57,007 nt of DNA from a virus. Lineage: Duplodnaviria > Caudoviricetes. The notes under the pieces are model-generated. The model made no database searches, was not told the DNA's origin, and saw only the letters and a list, made by a program, of their open reading frames with translations. Each line of letters opens with the position of its first letter. The first letter of the stretch is position 1. The stretch covers positions 1 to 57,007 of the IMG/VR virus record IMGVR_UViG_3300049009_000900; one strand, 5' to 3'. Positions 47,029-55,887 of this stretch are shown here, one piece after another. Made by a program: the position numbers and the translations under genes.

Positions 47029-47748
47029 TCACAAAATCTTGTTGTTGATCCTCATGAGCCTGGCGTCTTTCCTCTTGTCGTCTTTTTCCGGCGCGGTGCT
47101 GACCCCGTCCGCCTGGTCGTAGGCGAATATCCCAAACTGCAATATCGTGTAGATGTCGCTCCTTAGCATCACGTCGATTGATGTCGTGATGCCATTTTTC
47201 ACGATGCTGGATAGGAGGCGTTTCGCCATCACCGGGTCGATGGAATAGGAGTGGGTTCTCAGGCAAAACCTGTAATTGCAGTTCAGCTGCCCGTGGATCG
47301 GGATGCTGCCCCAGTAATTGTTTTGGAGCTGCTCGATGCTTCCCAGGTATATGATCGCGTTGAATGCCGGATGGTGCGTGAAATTCTGCAGGACGACCGC
47401 GTCATGCTCCAAGGCGATGACGGGTCTGTCTATTTCGACGCAATGCGACCAAAGCGCCACATGGCTCAAAACAGTGCATATCTCGGTCAAAGCCAATGCT
47501 TCATTTACGACTTTGACCCATTTGACCCAATTTTGGTCCTTTAGGTTTTCCGGGACCGTTATTTCCCCGGTCGTACCGTTGAACGCCTCCATAATCCTGT
47601 AGGGCATCCCGACTTTCTCGCAGCTTTCCGCGCATCTCCTGGACATGGACTCGGAAAGCCCATGACCCTTTATCGTGATGATGTAAGCTGATTCTATCTC
47701 CGTGTTGTAGTTGAAACCCAATGTTTCTTTTAGTTTTTCCATTTTCAA
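47029..47748 (-). CDS. GT25-like glycosyltransferase (paralogue 1)
   Basis: AYIITI, EAFNG, LSHVALWSHC, ALEHDA and THSYSIDP motifs. Confidence 0.7.
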   Translation of the reverse strand: MKMEKLKETLGFNYNTEIESAYIITIKGHGLSESMSRRCAESCEKVGMPYRIMEAFNGTTGEITVPENLKDQNWVKWVKVVNEALALTEICTVLSHVALWSHCVEIDRPVIALEHDAVVLQNFTHHPAFNAIIYLGSIEQLQNNYWGSIPIHGQLNCNYRFCLRTHSYSIDPVMAKRLLSSIVKNGITTSIDVMLRSDIYTILQFGIFAYDQADGVSTAPEKDDKRKDARLMRINNKIL

Positions 47749-48422
47749 GCCTTGAAGGGTACGTCGTGCTCGTATATGGTGGTCTCCCCCGCCATGTCTG
47801 CCGCGAAAATGCCAAACGACACTATCGAGAACTCCTGCATCTTCATCATCACGTCGACCGCCGTGTATATGCCCCTCTCGATGGCGTGTGACACCAAATT
47901 CTTGGCGATCAGCGGATCGATCGAGTAAGCGTGCGTCCTGAGTATATAACGGTAATTATGACCCATCTGGGCGTGCGGGGGGATTGGATTCCAGTAATTG
48001 CTATTGACCTGCTCGCTGCTTCCCAGGTAGACGATCGAATTGAACACGTTATGGTGCGTGAAAGGCTGGATCATGATGGCGTCATGCTCGAGCGCCACCA
48101 GGGGCATGTCCTCCTCTATGCACTTGCACCAGAGGGAGAAATGCGACAGCCAGCAGCAAATCTCCGGCTTCGTGAGCGTGTAGTTCGTCAGCTTCAGCCA
48201 TTTGAGCCAATTGGAGTTCCTGGCGTGTTCCGGAACCCGTATCTTTTCTCCAGTGCCATCGAACGCGTCCCATATGACCGCCTTTTGACCGACCCTGTCG
48301 CAGGACTCGAGACACCGCCGTCCCATGAGTTCTGAATTCTCATGACCCTTGATGGTGATGATGTAGGAATTGCTCACTTCCGTATTGTAGTTCCAGTTCA
48401 GGGTCGGCTCTAGGATTTCCAT
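47745..48422 (-). CDS. GT25-like glycosyltransferase (paralogue 2)
   Basis: SYIITI, DAFDG, CWLSHFSLWCKC, ALEHDA and THAYSIDP motifs. GAGGTG RBS before ATG 48422. Confidence 0.7.
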   Translation of the reverse strand: MEILEPTLNWNYNTEVSNSYIITIKGHENSELMGRRCLESCDRVGQKAVIWDAFDGTGEKIRVPEHARNSNWLKWLKLTNYTLTKPEICCWLSHFSLWCKCIEEDMPLVALEHDAIMIQPFTHHNVFNSIVYLGSSEQVNSNYWNPIPPHAQMGHNYRYILRTHAYSIDPLIAKNLVSHAIERGIYTAVDVMMKMQEFSIVSFGIFAADMAGETTIYEHDVPFKA

Positions 48423-48424
48423 CG

Positions 48425-48622
48425 TCACCTCAGGTCGTCTATGAACAGTTCCTTGCCAAACAAATAGTCTTCCGAGAAGCATCCTATCTCGATCATCCGC
48501 TTTACGCAAAGGTTGTACGAATCCGTGGTCGACGCTTTCTGGATCGCTTGAACCCTAGCCATCGAGGCGAGTTCCGTCGAGACTACCTTCAGTTCCTCGA
48601 ATTCTTTTCTGTAGTTTTTCAT
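48425..48622 (-). CDS. Hypothetical protein
   Basis: 65-aa ORF coupled to the downstream GT gene. Confidence 0.5.
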   Translation of the reverse strand: MKNYRKEFEELKVVSTELASMARVQAIQKASTTDSYNLCVKRMIEIGCFSEDYLFGKELFIDDLR

Positions 48623-48643
48623 GCATTAAAATAGCGTACGATT

Positions 48644-48862
48644 TCACTTTATCAAACTTGTGAATCTTCCTTTTTTGATTTTTTTTCTCAATATAGCCTT
48701 GTTTATTTTTCGCTTTATCTTCGGAAACCTTTTTTCGAACCCGACATCTTTGCGAAGTTTCTTCAACCTCAAAACTTCGACCAATAGCTGAAACATCAAA
48801 AATGACAAACACAAGAAAACGCCGATGATCATTATCGGCGTCAATATGAGAAAAGCAATCAT
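48644..48862 (-). CDS. Small membrane protein
   Basis: N-terminal TM helix and a very basic tail. Confidence 0.5.
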   Translation of the reverse strand: MIAFLILTPIMIIGVFLCLSFLMFQLLVEVLRLKKLRKDVGFEKRFPKIKRKINKAILRKKIKKGRFTSLIK

Positions 48863-49291
48863 TCAACAGCACTTTCCGATCCCGCACTTGTCCGGGGCGA
48901 GACAGGCGGTATGCTTTTTCCCTAAGACATACAACAAGCCAGACGGCGTTGTTTCTATTTCTGCTATCGGGAACTGCGAGACAAACTCTTGTTCGTATTC
49001 CATTTCGACAATTATATCTTCCGAACAAAAAAGCTTGCTGGCATAGCCAAATATGGTCTTTAATTTTGTGCTAGTAAGTCTATGATCGACATCGTCCGCG
49101 ACCAATATCTGGAGCAGGCAAGAAGTGACCTCCCTGAGAGTTCCACCGCAGTCTACAAAATCTTTTTTGACTTTGCCGATTTCAGTCACATGGAAATGAG
49201 GTGGCACAAAACTACCGTCTGGCAGCATTATCTGCATATGGACATATTCGTTTTTAAGCAAGATATCCTTCAAAGCCTTAAGAGTTATCAT
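48863..49291 (-). CDS. DUF6428-family protein
   Basis: PPHFHVTEIG...FVDCGG...DHRL...KHTACLAPDKCG..CC. ATGA overlap at 49288-49291. Confidence 0.75.
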   Translation of the reverse strand: MITLKALKDILLKNEYVHMQIMLPDGSFVPPHFHVTEIGKVKKDFVDCGGTLREVTSCLLQILVADDVDHRLTSTKLKTIFGYASKLFCSEDIIVEMEYEQEFVSQFPIAEIETTPSGLLYVLGKKHTACLAPDKCGIGKCC

Positions 49292-49665
49292 TTTTTTGGT
49301 ATCCATTTGTTCAAGGGGAATTCGACATTCACCCATTTCGTGAGCGGAAACTCTATCTGCTTGCCGTCATTCGAGACGTAATAGCACTTTATGATTCCAC
49401 TTTTGTATCCTTTCGTCAGAATCGAGGACTGCCAATCGACCAGTTTCTCTTCGTTTTTCGCGCTCTCGTACCCATCGCTGAACCCGGTGTTGTAGTTCGT
49501 CAGACCCTCGTAATCCGCCTTGTCCTCCAGAACGAACGCCTTGCCCTGCAGAGACCTGTAATCTTCCAGTGCGTTCTTCATCTCCGCGTCCAAATAGATG
49601 CAGTATGAAACGGGAACCAATATCAGAAGAATATATATCGCAACAACCGGGGAATTGACTTTCAT
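49288..49665 (-). CDS. Membrane-anchored hypothetical protein
   Basis: N-terminal TM helix. AAGGA RBS before ATG 49665. Confidence 0.55.
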   Translation of the reverse strand: MKVNSPVVAIYILLILVPVSYCIYLDAEMKNALEDYRSLQGKAFVLEDKADYEGLTNYNTGFSDGYESAKNEEKLVDWQSSILTKGYKSGIIKCYYVSNDGKQIEFPLTKWVNVEFPLNKWIPKK

Positions 49666-50021
49666 TTCTTCCTTCTTTCTTTCTTGATTTTCTTTCCCAA
49701 TCTGACGCCATCGTCCACGCCAGTCCAACGCAGACAATCTATCATGGAGTTGGTGGTTTGCATATCCATTATTTCGGGGCATTTCTCGCACATTTCTTGG
49801 ATATGCGAGACATCGGGGTAATGTCGCAGACATCCCTTCGCGATTTCCCGTACTTCTTTTGGGATTCTCTTTAAGTTGAACGCGAGATCAACCAAGAATT
49901 TTCTCGTCTGCGCGATCGACCTGGTTCTTTCGTATGGCAAAGTCATGTTTTTCCCGATATTCAAACAACCCGATATTTCTTCTCCATCATCGAACTTCCC
50001 GTCGAAATCTTCCGCCTTCAT
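49662..50021 (-). CDS. BPSL0761-like protein with possible 25-aa N-terminal extension
   Basis: MTLPYERTRS...RKFLVDL...RIPKEVRE...CLRHYP motif from ATG 49946. An upstream in-frame ATG at 50021 overlaps the previous stop. Confidence 0.6.
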   Translation of the reverse strand: MKAEDFDGKFDDGEEISGCLNIGKNMTLPYERTRSIAQTRKFLVDLAFNLKRIPKEVREIAKGCLRHYPDVSHIQEMCEKCPEIMDMQTTNSMIDCLRWTGVDDGVRLGKKIKKERRKK

Positions 50022-50257
50022 CGCAATCTCACGATACATCTGGCAGAACAGGCTAATGTCGCGCAGCCATGGACTACTTTCTCGTACGCGACCTCATCTT
50101 GCTCCTTTAGCGCCAACTCGTATTTCCTCGAAGCAATGTTGTATGCCTTTCTGGCTTCCGAGGCGTCGATCCTTGCGTTGCGTAAAGCAAGATTAGACTT
50201 GTGGACGGAAAAAGAGGCGTCTAGAACTTCTTGCTGCAATTCTTGTAGATTCATCAT
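50018..50257 (-). CDS. Hypothetical coiled-coil protein
   Basis: 79-aa helical ORF. Confidence 0.5.
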   Translation of the reverse strand: MMNLQELQQEVLDASFSVHKSNLALRNARIDASEARKAYNIASRKYELALKEQDEVAYEKVVHGCATLACSARCIVRLR

Positions 50258-50354
50258 TCTGTCTCATCGTTTGGACTAAGCAACACTACGATTGAAACCA
50301 ATATCGCCAAAAATAGCAATGCCAAAACCAAATGACTCAAAGCCATGTGCATTT

Positions 50355-50831
50355 TCACATCCTGAATTTATTGTTGACTTCGGAAAGGTCGGCAACTGTA
50401 ACTATATGGATAAAGTCTTTTTCATATTCATCTCTTATTACGCTAATCCACTTGTCTCCAACTTTAATCTCGACATTTAAATCGTTGTCTTTTTTTGAAA
50501 GCCTTACATACGATATTGCAACAGTGGCAGAACAATTGAATTCTTTCATTTCGGCAATAGTTTTTTTTACCGCCTTTTCATCTATTTCTGATTCTACGCA
50601 AGGATTAAATGAAGATTCCGATTTGACATCTTTCGAGTAGCTTTCGAACTCTTCTATAACAGTTTCGGAAGCAGTTTCTCCGAAGCCATTGTTATAGTCA
50701 TACGGCTTACTCGAAAGATAAGTCACTCTGGCTTGCGTGTTGTTGATGCCACAGTAAAGGACTTTATTATCCCAATAGGTAAATTGGTTGCGATATAGAT
50801 TTGTCGTTCTTTCAATTACTCTGTATATCAT
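50355..50831 (-). CDS. Hypothetical protein
   Basis: 158-aa ORF, AAGGA RBS. Confidence 0.55.
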   Translation of the reverse strand: MIYRVIERTTNLYRNQFTYWDNKVLYCGINNTQARVTYLSSKPYDYNNGFGETASETVIEEFESYSKDVKSESSFNPCVESEIDEKAVKKTIAEMKEFNCSATVAISYVRLSKKDNDLNVEIKVGDKWISVIRDEYEKDFIHIVTVADLSEVNNKFRM

Positions 50832-51249
50832 TTTTGATTTCCTTGTTCAGATCAATAGGAATCGTATGCACACCATTCAGATACGCACTAAGAGCTTCCG
50901 CACCAGTCATATCCTTTTGCAATATAATCGCACCACTCATATCATCAACTAATGTGTGAGCATCAAACTCACCACTTTTGCTTTCAATCTTGCTCACGAA
51001 TTTATCCCGTGTTTCTCTCCATGTTCTCCCATGTCCTTCTTTTGTAGCATGGGTTGTTGTTAATTGATCGAGGTCGATTAGCACCTCTAATTTCATGACG
51101 CATTTACCTTTTTTGTTACGCTTCCCAAGACCGAAAGAATTAACCTCAAACTCATGACCGTTCAAAAACATCTTCATCATACTTGGATCACTTGGATCAG
51201 TCACAATTTTCCATTCATCTTTTATTGGTCTTTGATCTAGGTCACTCAT
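50812..51249 (-). CDS. Hypothetical protein (WxI...NGxE paralogue family)
   Basis: EWKIVTDP...FLNGHEFEV...CVMKL. AGGAG RBS before ATG 51249. Confidence 0.6.
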   Translation of the reverse strand: MSDLDQRPIKDEWKIVTDPSDPSMMKMFLNGHEFEVNSFGLGKRNKKGKCVMKLEVLIDLDQLTTTHATKEGHGRTWRETRDKFVSKIESKSGEFDAHTLVDDMSGAIILQKDMTGAEALSAYLNGVHTIPIDLNKEIKNDIQSN

Positions 51250-51388
51250 GCTTTTCTCCTGTTGCCTTAAGAATTTCAACCGCTTTTTTCCATGCAGCCT
51301 CCATCTCAGGAATCTTTTCGATCACACTTTCAGCTTCTAAAACGGCTTTAGTGATCATGGCATCAAGGTCATCTATTTCTGTAATCAT
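51242..51388 (-). CDS. Small hypothetical protein (48 aa, not in ORF track)
   Basis: MITEIDDLDAMITKAVLEAE... fills the gap exactly. AAGGA RBS. Confidence 0.5.
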   Translation of the reverse strand: MITEIDDLDAMITKAVLEAESVIEKIPEMEAAWKKAVEILKATGEKHE

Positions 51389-51390
51389 TG

Positions 51391-51585
51391 TTAAAGTCCT
51401 TTTCTTTTTTTTGCGTTTTTATAATCCCTAAGAGCATACAAATCTTTATTTATTTTAAAATCATGTGCCGTAGCTTCAGATTCTTCTTTGTCTTTTTTGA
51501 TTAGTTCCTCTAACTCTTTTTTAGCATCTGCATTTATTTCTTCGACACTTTTCTTGTTTTGGAATAACCATTTCCAGATTTTCAT
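51391..51585 (-). CDS. Hypothetical protein
   Basis: 64-aa ORF in a gapless operon. Confidence 0.5.
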   Translation of the reverse strand: MKIWKWLFQNKKSVEEINADAKKELEELIKKDKEESEATAHDFKINKDLYALRDYKNAKKRKGL

Positions 51586-51587
51586 TT

Positions 51588-52121
51588 CTATTCTCTTGTT
51601 GCTTTAATGAATGTCACTTGGTTATTGAGTAACGGCATACCTATTTTCAAGACGCATGTGCCACTAGGCGAGTGTGTCAAGATGTTTTTATCCGCTACAC
51701 TGTCTATATCATACTCAAAATCATAAGAATTAATTTTAATTTCATGCCCGTTTAAAATTGCCTTTATCTCACAAGGAGCTTCGGGTTCGGTCACGATTTG
51801 CCATTGGTCTTTTTTGTCAGAGTCTGGCTGAGTAAATTTTTTAAATGCAGATATACCAACAATTTCGTCATCTTCTTCAGGTATTTCAAAAATCATTTCT
51901 GCATTGCCGGGAATCCGATCAATCCCATTCATCAATTCTTGCCGATACTCTCCCCTAGTGAAAATAATCAATGTACCATCCGTTAACTCCAGCCATCGAA
52001 CAGCACTGCCTCCGTCCTCGCTTTTGCAGACTTTCCAAAAATCATGACCAGCCTGAGATAAACTTAATGCACATTCACGCAAAGTCTTTTGAGTCGGCTG
52101 TTCTGGTTCATTTTCATTCAT
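51588..52121 (-). CDS. Two-domain hypothetical protein (C-terminal WxI...NGxE domain)
   Basis: DQWQIVTEP...ILNGHEIKI...CVLKI. AGGAG RBS. Confidence 0.6.
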   Translation of the reverse strand: MNENEPEQPTQKTLRECALSLSQAGHDFWKVCKSEDGGSAVRWLELTDGTLIIFTRGEYRQELMNGIDRIPGNAEMIFEIPEEDDEIVGISAFKKFTQPDSDKKDQWQIVTEPEAPCEIKAILNGHEIKINSYDFEYDIDSVADKNILTHSPSGTCVLKIGMPLLNNQVTFIKATRE

Positions 52122-52348
52122 GATTGCTCTCCTATTGGTTTGTCAAAGTTTACTAAAAGTTTTATTTCAGTAAATTCGGAATTAGGAATAGAAATCATAG
52201 AATAAGATTCCATATAAAATTCTTTCCCAACCGCATATAATTTCTGTGCATTTGGGTCAAGAACGATGTTGTTTTCGTTTATTTTTTTCACTTCAGATGT
52301 CAATTTACGAAGTGTACTTAATTCTTCTGGTGTAATCAGAACGCTCAT
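52118..52348 (-). CDS. Hypothetical protein
   Basis: 76-aa ORF with ATGA overlaps at both ends. Confidence 0.55.
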   Translation of the reverse strand: MSVLITPEELSTLRKLTSEVKKINENNIVLDPNAQKLYAVGKEFYMESYSMISIPNSEFTEIKLLVNFDKPIGEQS

Positions 52349-52599
52349 GATTGTTTTCCTGTTGTTTTTTCGATGGTGGGCGTGGCATCACATACTTCCA
52401 GATTTCTTTTAGGTATCTTAATGGTTAAGTTCAGTGTGTGCGCATAGTCAGAAAGCTCTCCCCACTCAACTTTTAATGCAACTGCCTTTATTTCTGTGCC
52501 ATTACAATATAACTTCGTAGAATCAAAAACATATGCCCCAACTGGTGATTTGGCGATCTTCCATTGGCTTTCATCCTCAAAGTTGTTTACACTAGGCAT
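52345..52599 (-). CDS. Hypothetical protein (WxI...NGxE paralogue family)
   Basis: SQWKIAKSP...LYCNGTEIKA. AGGAG RBS. Confidence 0.55.
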   Translation of the reverse strand: MPSVNNFEDESQWKIAKSPVGAYVFDSTKLYCNGTEIKAVALKVEWGELSDYAHTLNLTIKIPKRNLEVCDATPTIEKTTGKQS

Positions 52600-52843
52600 C
52601 TACTTTATCTCCTATTCGGTTGAAAGTTCCAGGATCAGTCCAAGTAATCTTTTCCGTGTAGTGGTCAAATTTTGCGATCAAATTCCATGCTGGATAACCA
52701 TACCCATGATTGATATCCTCTCCTTTTTTTGTTTGTCCAAAAATCAGAGTGACTTGTTCGATACAGTTACTGTCTTCTCCAAAAAATACTTTCATGTTTT
52801 GTGGATACTTCTTTAACTGTTCTGTAAATTCTGAAATGATCAT
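52592..52843 (-). CDS. Hypothetical protein
   Basis: 83-aa ORF overlapping the next gene's start. Confidence 0.55.
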   Translation of the reverse strand: MIISEFTEQLKKYPQNMKVFFGEDSNCIEQVTLIFGQTKKGEDINHGYGYPAWNLIAKFDHYTEKITWTDPGTFNRIGDKVDA

Positions 52844-52869
52844 TGAAATTCTCTTGTTGATGTGACGAA

Positions 52870-54279
52870 CTACAAACTACTCTCTTCTAAATTGACCAAC
52901 ATCTGCTCTCTGACAGAAAGCAAATCCAACGCCATTTTCAATTTGACTTTTAAATCTGCATTTTCCTTGGAAAGCTCTTTGGTCACAGTTTGTGACCTTA
53001 CAATTTCTGGATTATAAATTTCCGACCACAGCTTTTTGTTCATTTCCAAATCTGGTATCTGTACTTCATCAATTCCAAGATTTTTCCAATGCTGTGTCGT
53101 TTCTTTTTTATGTTCTAGTATCGCTTTTTCGTATCGCTCGACCAACGACTCAAGCAGACCATGATAAAACTGGAGTTCCTGATTACATACAGTAATCTTT
53201 TCGTTGAATTCGTTGTTGTTGTCGATAATCCTTAAAAGTTGTTCTATATATTCCTTTTGATACTTTTGAATCGAAAGATTGCATTCGCTTTCATCAAGCA
53301 TAGCCCTTTCTAGTTCAACTATATATTGCTGTGGGCTTTTTCCAGCCTCACCTTCTTTTCCGAGATGTCCAACTGCTCCAATTGCACCCTTTATGTCAGC
53401 AGCTTCCCCCTTTATGTCAGTAGCTTCCCCCTTTGTGTCAGTAGCTTCCCCCTTTGTGTTGGTAGCTTCCCCCTTTGTGTTGGTAGCAAGGGGAGGAGTT
53501 CCTTCCGTAGGGGGGGGAGTTCCTTCCGTAAGGGGAGGAGTTGAATCCCATTCCTCCCATTCTTTACCGATATGTCTCTCTTTGATATCATCCCGAAATT
53601 CGTTTCGTGATGATGCCTCATCTCCCTTAAATTTACTCAATTCCGCATGCAGTTTATCTTTTCTATCTTTTTGATTTTGATGGAACAATTTAGGATCAGC
53701 CAGTTCGAGCATGTGCGAAAAACATTTTTCTTCGTCTGTTTTGTCCAGTTCACCCCGAAAAGTCACTTTCAAGGTATAAGAAGAAAGAATTGAATCGACA
53801 AGATGAGACACGCCAACACATGTAACCGTATAGACAGATGGACCGAAATATCGTTGGAAGCCACCCCAAATGATTCTATTGAATTGCTTCATCGACAAGT
53901 CTATCGAGACTACAGATGCGGGTTCCGTCATCTCGGACCATGCCTTCACAACAATTATTTCTTCGGAAATCCTGCTGCTGTCTATGGACTCTATTTTCGT
54001 AAGACGCATTCTTCCATACTGACCAGCAGGGTGATGTTCAAGTCCATAAAATACAATTTTGTAAATGTGGAACGAATAAAGATTCATCTCCACTGAGACA
54101 TACATCGGGTCTTCATCGTTCTTCGGTTTTTCTTCTCTGGACGCCACGGAATTCGCCCTCATCAAAACCAATTCCTCGAACAATTTCTTTGCGATCAACC
54201 TGGAATTTACATATGGATATTTCTCGTTGTCGTAGAGCTTTTCCTTTATAGCCTTCAATTCCTCTTCAGTTATCATCAT
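52870..54279 (-). CDS. Hypothetical protein with heptad repeats and C-terminal coiled coil
   Basis: About 469 aa, GGAG RBS before ATG 54279. Contains TEGTPPL and TxxKGEA repeats. Confidence 0.65.
   Translation of the reverse strand: MMITEEELKAIKEKLYDNEKYPYVNSRLIAKKLFEELVLMRANSVASREEKPKNDEDPMYVSVEMNLYSFHIYKIVFYGLEHHPAGQYGRMRLTKIESIDSSRISEEIIVVKAWSEMTEPASVVSIDLSMKQFNRIIWGGFQRYFGPSVYTVTCVGVSHLVDSILSSYTLKVTFRGELDKTDEEKCFSHMLELADPKLFHQNQKDRKDKLHAELSKFKGDEASSRNEFRDDIKERHIGKEWEEWDSTPPLTEGTPPPTEGTPPLATNTKGEATNTKGEATDTKGEATDIKGEAADIKGAIGAVGHLGKEGEAGKSPQQYIVELERAMLDESECNLSIQKYQKEYIEQLLRIIDNNNEFNEKITVCNQELQFYHGLLESLVERYEKAILEHKKETTQHWKNLGIDEVQIPDLEMNKKLWSEIYNPEIVRSQTVTKELSKENADLKVKLKMALDLLSVREQMLVNLEESSL
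53387..53542 (-). repeat. Two adjacent 21-bp coding tandem arrays
   Basis: About 5 x CCCTTTRTGTYRGYAGCTTCC, then about 2.5 x GGGGRGGAGTTCCTTCCGTAR (plus strand). Confidence 0.85.
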
Positions 54280-54466
54280 CGTTGTTCTCCGTGAAATACT
54301 CAACAACCAAAGGCACGCCGAACTGCAAAAGGAATATCATTGCAGCTATCAAGAACAAGATATAGTATCCGTTTTGCATCAAAGAATCAAGTTCACGACA
54401 AAGCCACCTTAAAAACAAACTCACATCACGCATGAACTCGTAATACAAATTTCTCATGGTCATCAT
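54266..54466 (-). CDS. Small membrane protein
   Basis: One TM helix. ATGA overlap with the upstream stop. Confidence 0.5.
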   Translation of the reverse strand: MMTMRNLYYEFMRDVSLFLRWLCRELDSLMQNGYYILFLIAAMIFLLQFGVPLVVEYFTENNDDDN

Positions 54467-55884
54467 TTCAAAAGACCTTTTCCGACCAATATCTTCCTCA
54501 ATTTCTCCAATGGTGCTTTCCAGCATCTTGGCTTTTCCTGCCTCAGAAGCGTCACGTTGTCGCCATACCAGGGAGACTTGTCGCCAGAATGACTCCAGAC
54601 GTAATAAGCGGAGATCGGAACCATCACGAACACTTCCTTGCCGCTTGCGGCACAAAGATGCGCGATGCTCGTGCAACTCGTGATCACGAAATCGAGATTT
54701 CGAATGAAGCCCAAAGTCTCTTGGAACGAATCCATCTTTTCGGACAGGTCAATCAAATTCGGGAAATCCTCGATTTCCTCAAGCCCATTGTCTCTCTGCA
54801 AGCTGTAGAATGTTCCATCCACATCCTTCAAGACTTCGTACAATTCTTTCACCTTGAAAGAACGGTGCAAGTCGTGATCATAAGCAGGGCAACCCTGCCA
54901 CCTGATGCCTATTTTTGGAGACTTTCCTTCCAGCTTGCACTTATCGTCATATTCCTTGGAAGACGAGATATAGGGTTTATCCCATAGGTCTTTATAATCA
55001 AGATTCAGATAGATGGGGAGATGCATCGAATATGTCCACTTTAAGTCTGGAACATCCTTCAATTCCTCCAGATTCGTAACCACAGGGAACCCACTATTCT
55101 TGAATATCTCAAGAAGTCCTTTTCTTTCGTTCTTCCATTCTTCCTTGTGCCAGACCGCATACCAGTAAGCGTTGATTCCTCTTTCCTTGAGATGCTTCAT
55201 GAACCTTATGTTGATGATCTCGTCTCCGCTTCCCGCTTCTGCATATATGACTAGGTTTTTTACATCTGGAGACCCCTCCCAGAATGGAAGGTTCAACTTC
55301 TTGTTCCTTGAGAATATCGTTTCTGTATTCCAAAGACGCATCTTTGCCCCGTCCAGTATGAAGTGCCTCAATCCTTCTTGGAATTTATCCCTGTAAAGGT
55401 AATATGTGCCAAGATTGAATTTGATCTTGAGTGCGGTTTCTTCTGGAAGTTCTTTATAGTTTGCAAGGACATGGTGCAATATCTCCTCAGCTTCTGTTTT
55501 CCTGTTGGAAAGGAAGAGAGCATATGCCTTTTCCAGTTGCAGATCATAATCCATCGGAATCAGCTTTTCATTGGCATTGATGTAGGTCAATGCTTTTTCG
55601 GGATAATTTGCGTGATTGTAAACATTGATGAGATTGAACCTAGTCATGTACATCAGTTGTGGGCTGTGTGCATTCACAAGTGCCTTCTCACCATGCTTTA
55701 TGGCTTCTTCGTAATGTTGCAGCTTGAAATAGCACTTACTGATGTTATCTTGTTGCTCAAACGAGAAAGCGTTTTTAGCAAACACATCAAGCACTTGTTT
55801 GGCAAGGCTCTTTGCACCTAAATTCTTGAGTGTCATTACGAATGGCTCAAGATCATTAACGCCAACATTTTCTTCTTTTTTCAT
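54463..55884 (-). CDS. TPR-containing glycosyltransferase (GT9-like C-terminal domain)
   Basis: N-terminal TPR helices, then EAGSGDEI, KIGIRWQG, FYSLQ, LDFVITSCTSIAHL and SPWY motifs. Confidence 0.8.
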   Translation of the reverse strand: MKKEENVGVNDLEPFVMTLKNLGAKSLAKQVLDVFAKNAFSFEQQDNISKCYFKLQHYEEAIKHGEKALVNAHSPQLMYMTRFNLINVYNHANYPEKALTYINANEKLIPMDYDLQLEKAYALFLSNRKTEAEEILHHVLANYKELPEETALKIKFNLGTYYLYRDKFQEGLRHFILDGAKMRLWNTETIFSRNKKLNLPFWEGSPDVKNLVIYAEAGSGDEIINIRFMKHLKERGINAYWYAVWHKEEWKNERKGLLEIFKNSGFPVVTNLEELKDVPDLKWTYSMHLPIYLNLDYKDLWDKPYISSSKEYDDKCKLEGKSPKIGIRWQGCPAYDHDLHRSFKVKELYEVLKDVDGTFYSLQRDNGLEEIEDFPNLIDLSEKMDSFQETLGFIRNLDFVITSCTSIAHLCAASGKEVFVMVPISAYYVWSHSGDKSPWYGDNVTLLRQEKPRCWKAPLEKLRKILVGKGLLK

Positions 55885-55887
55885 TTG

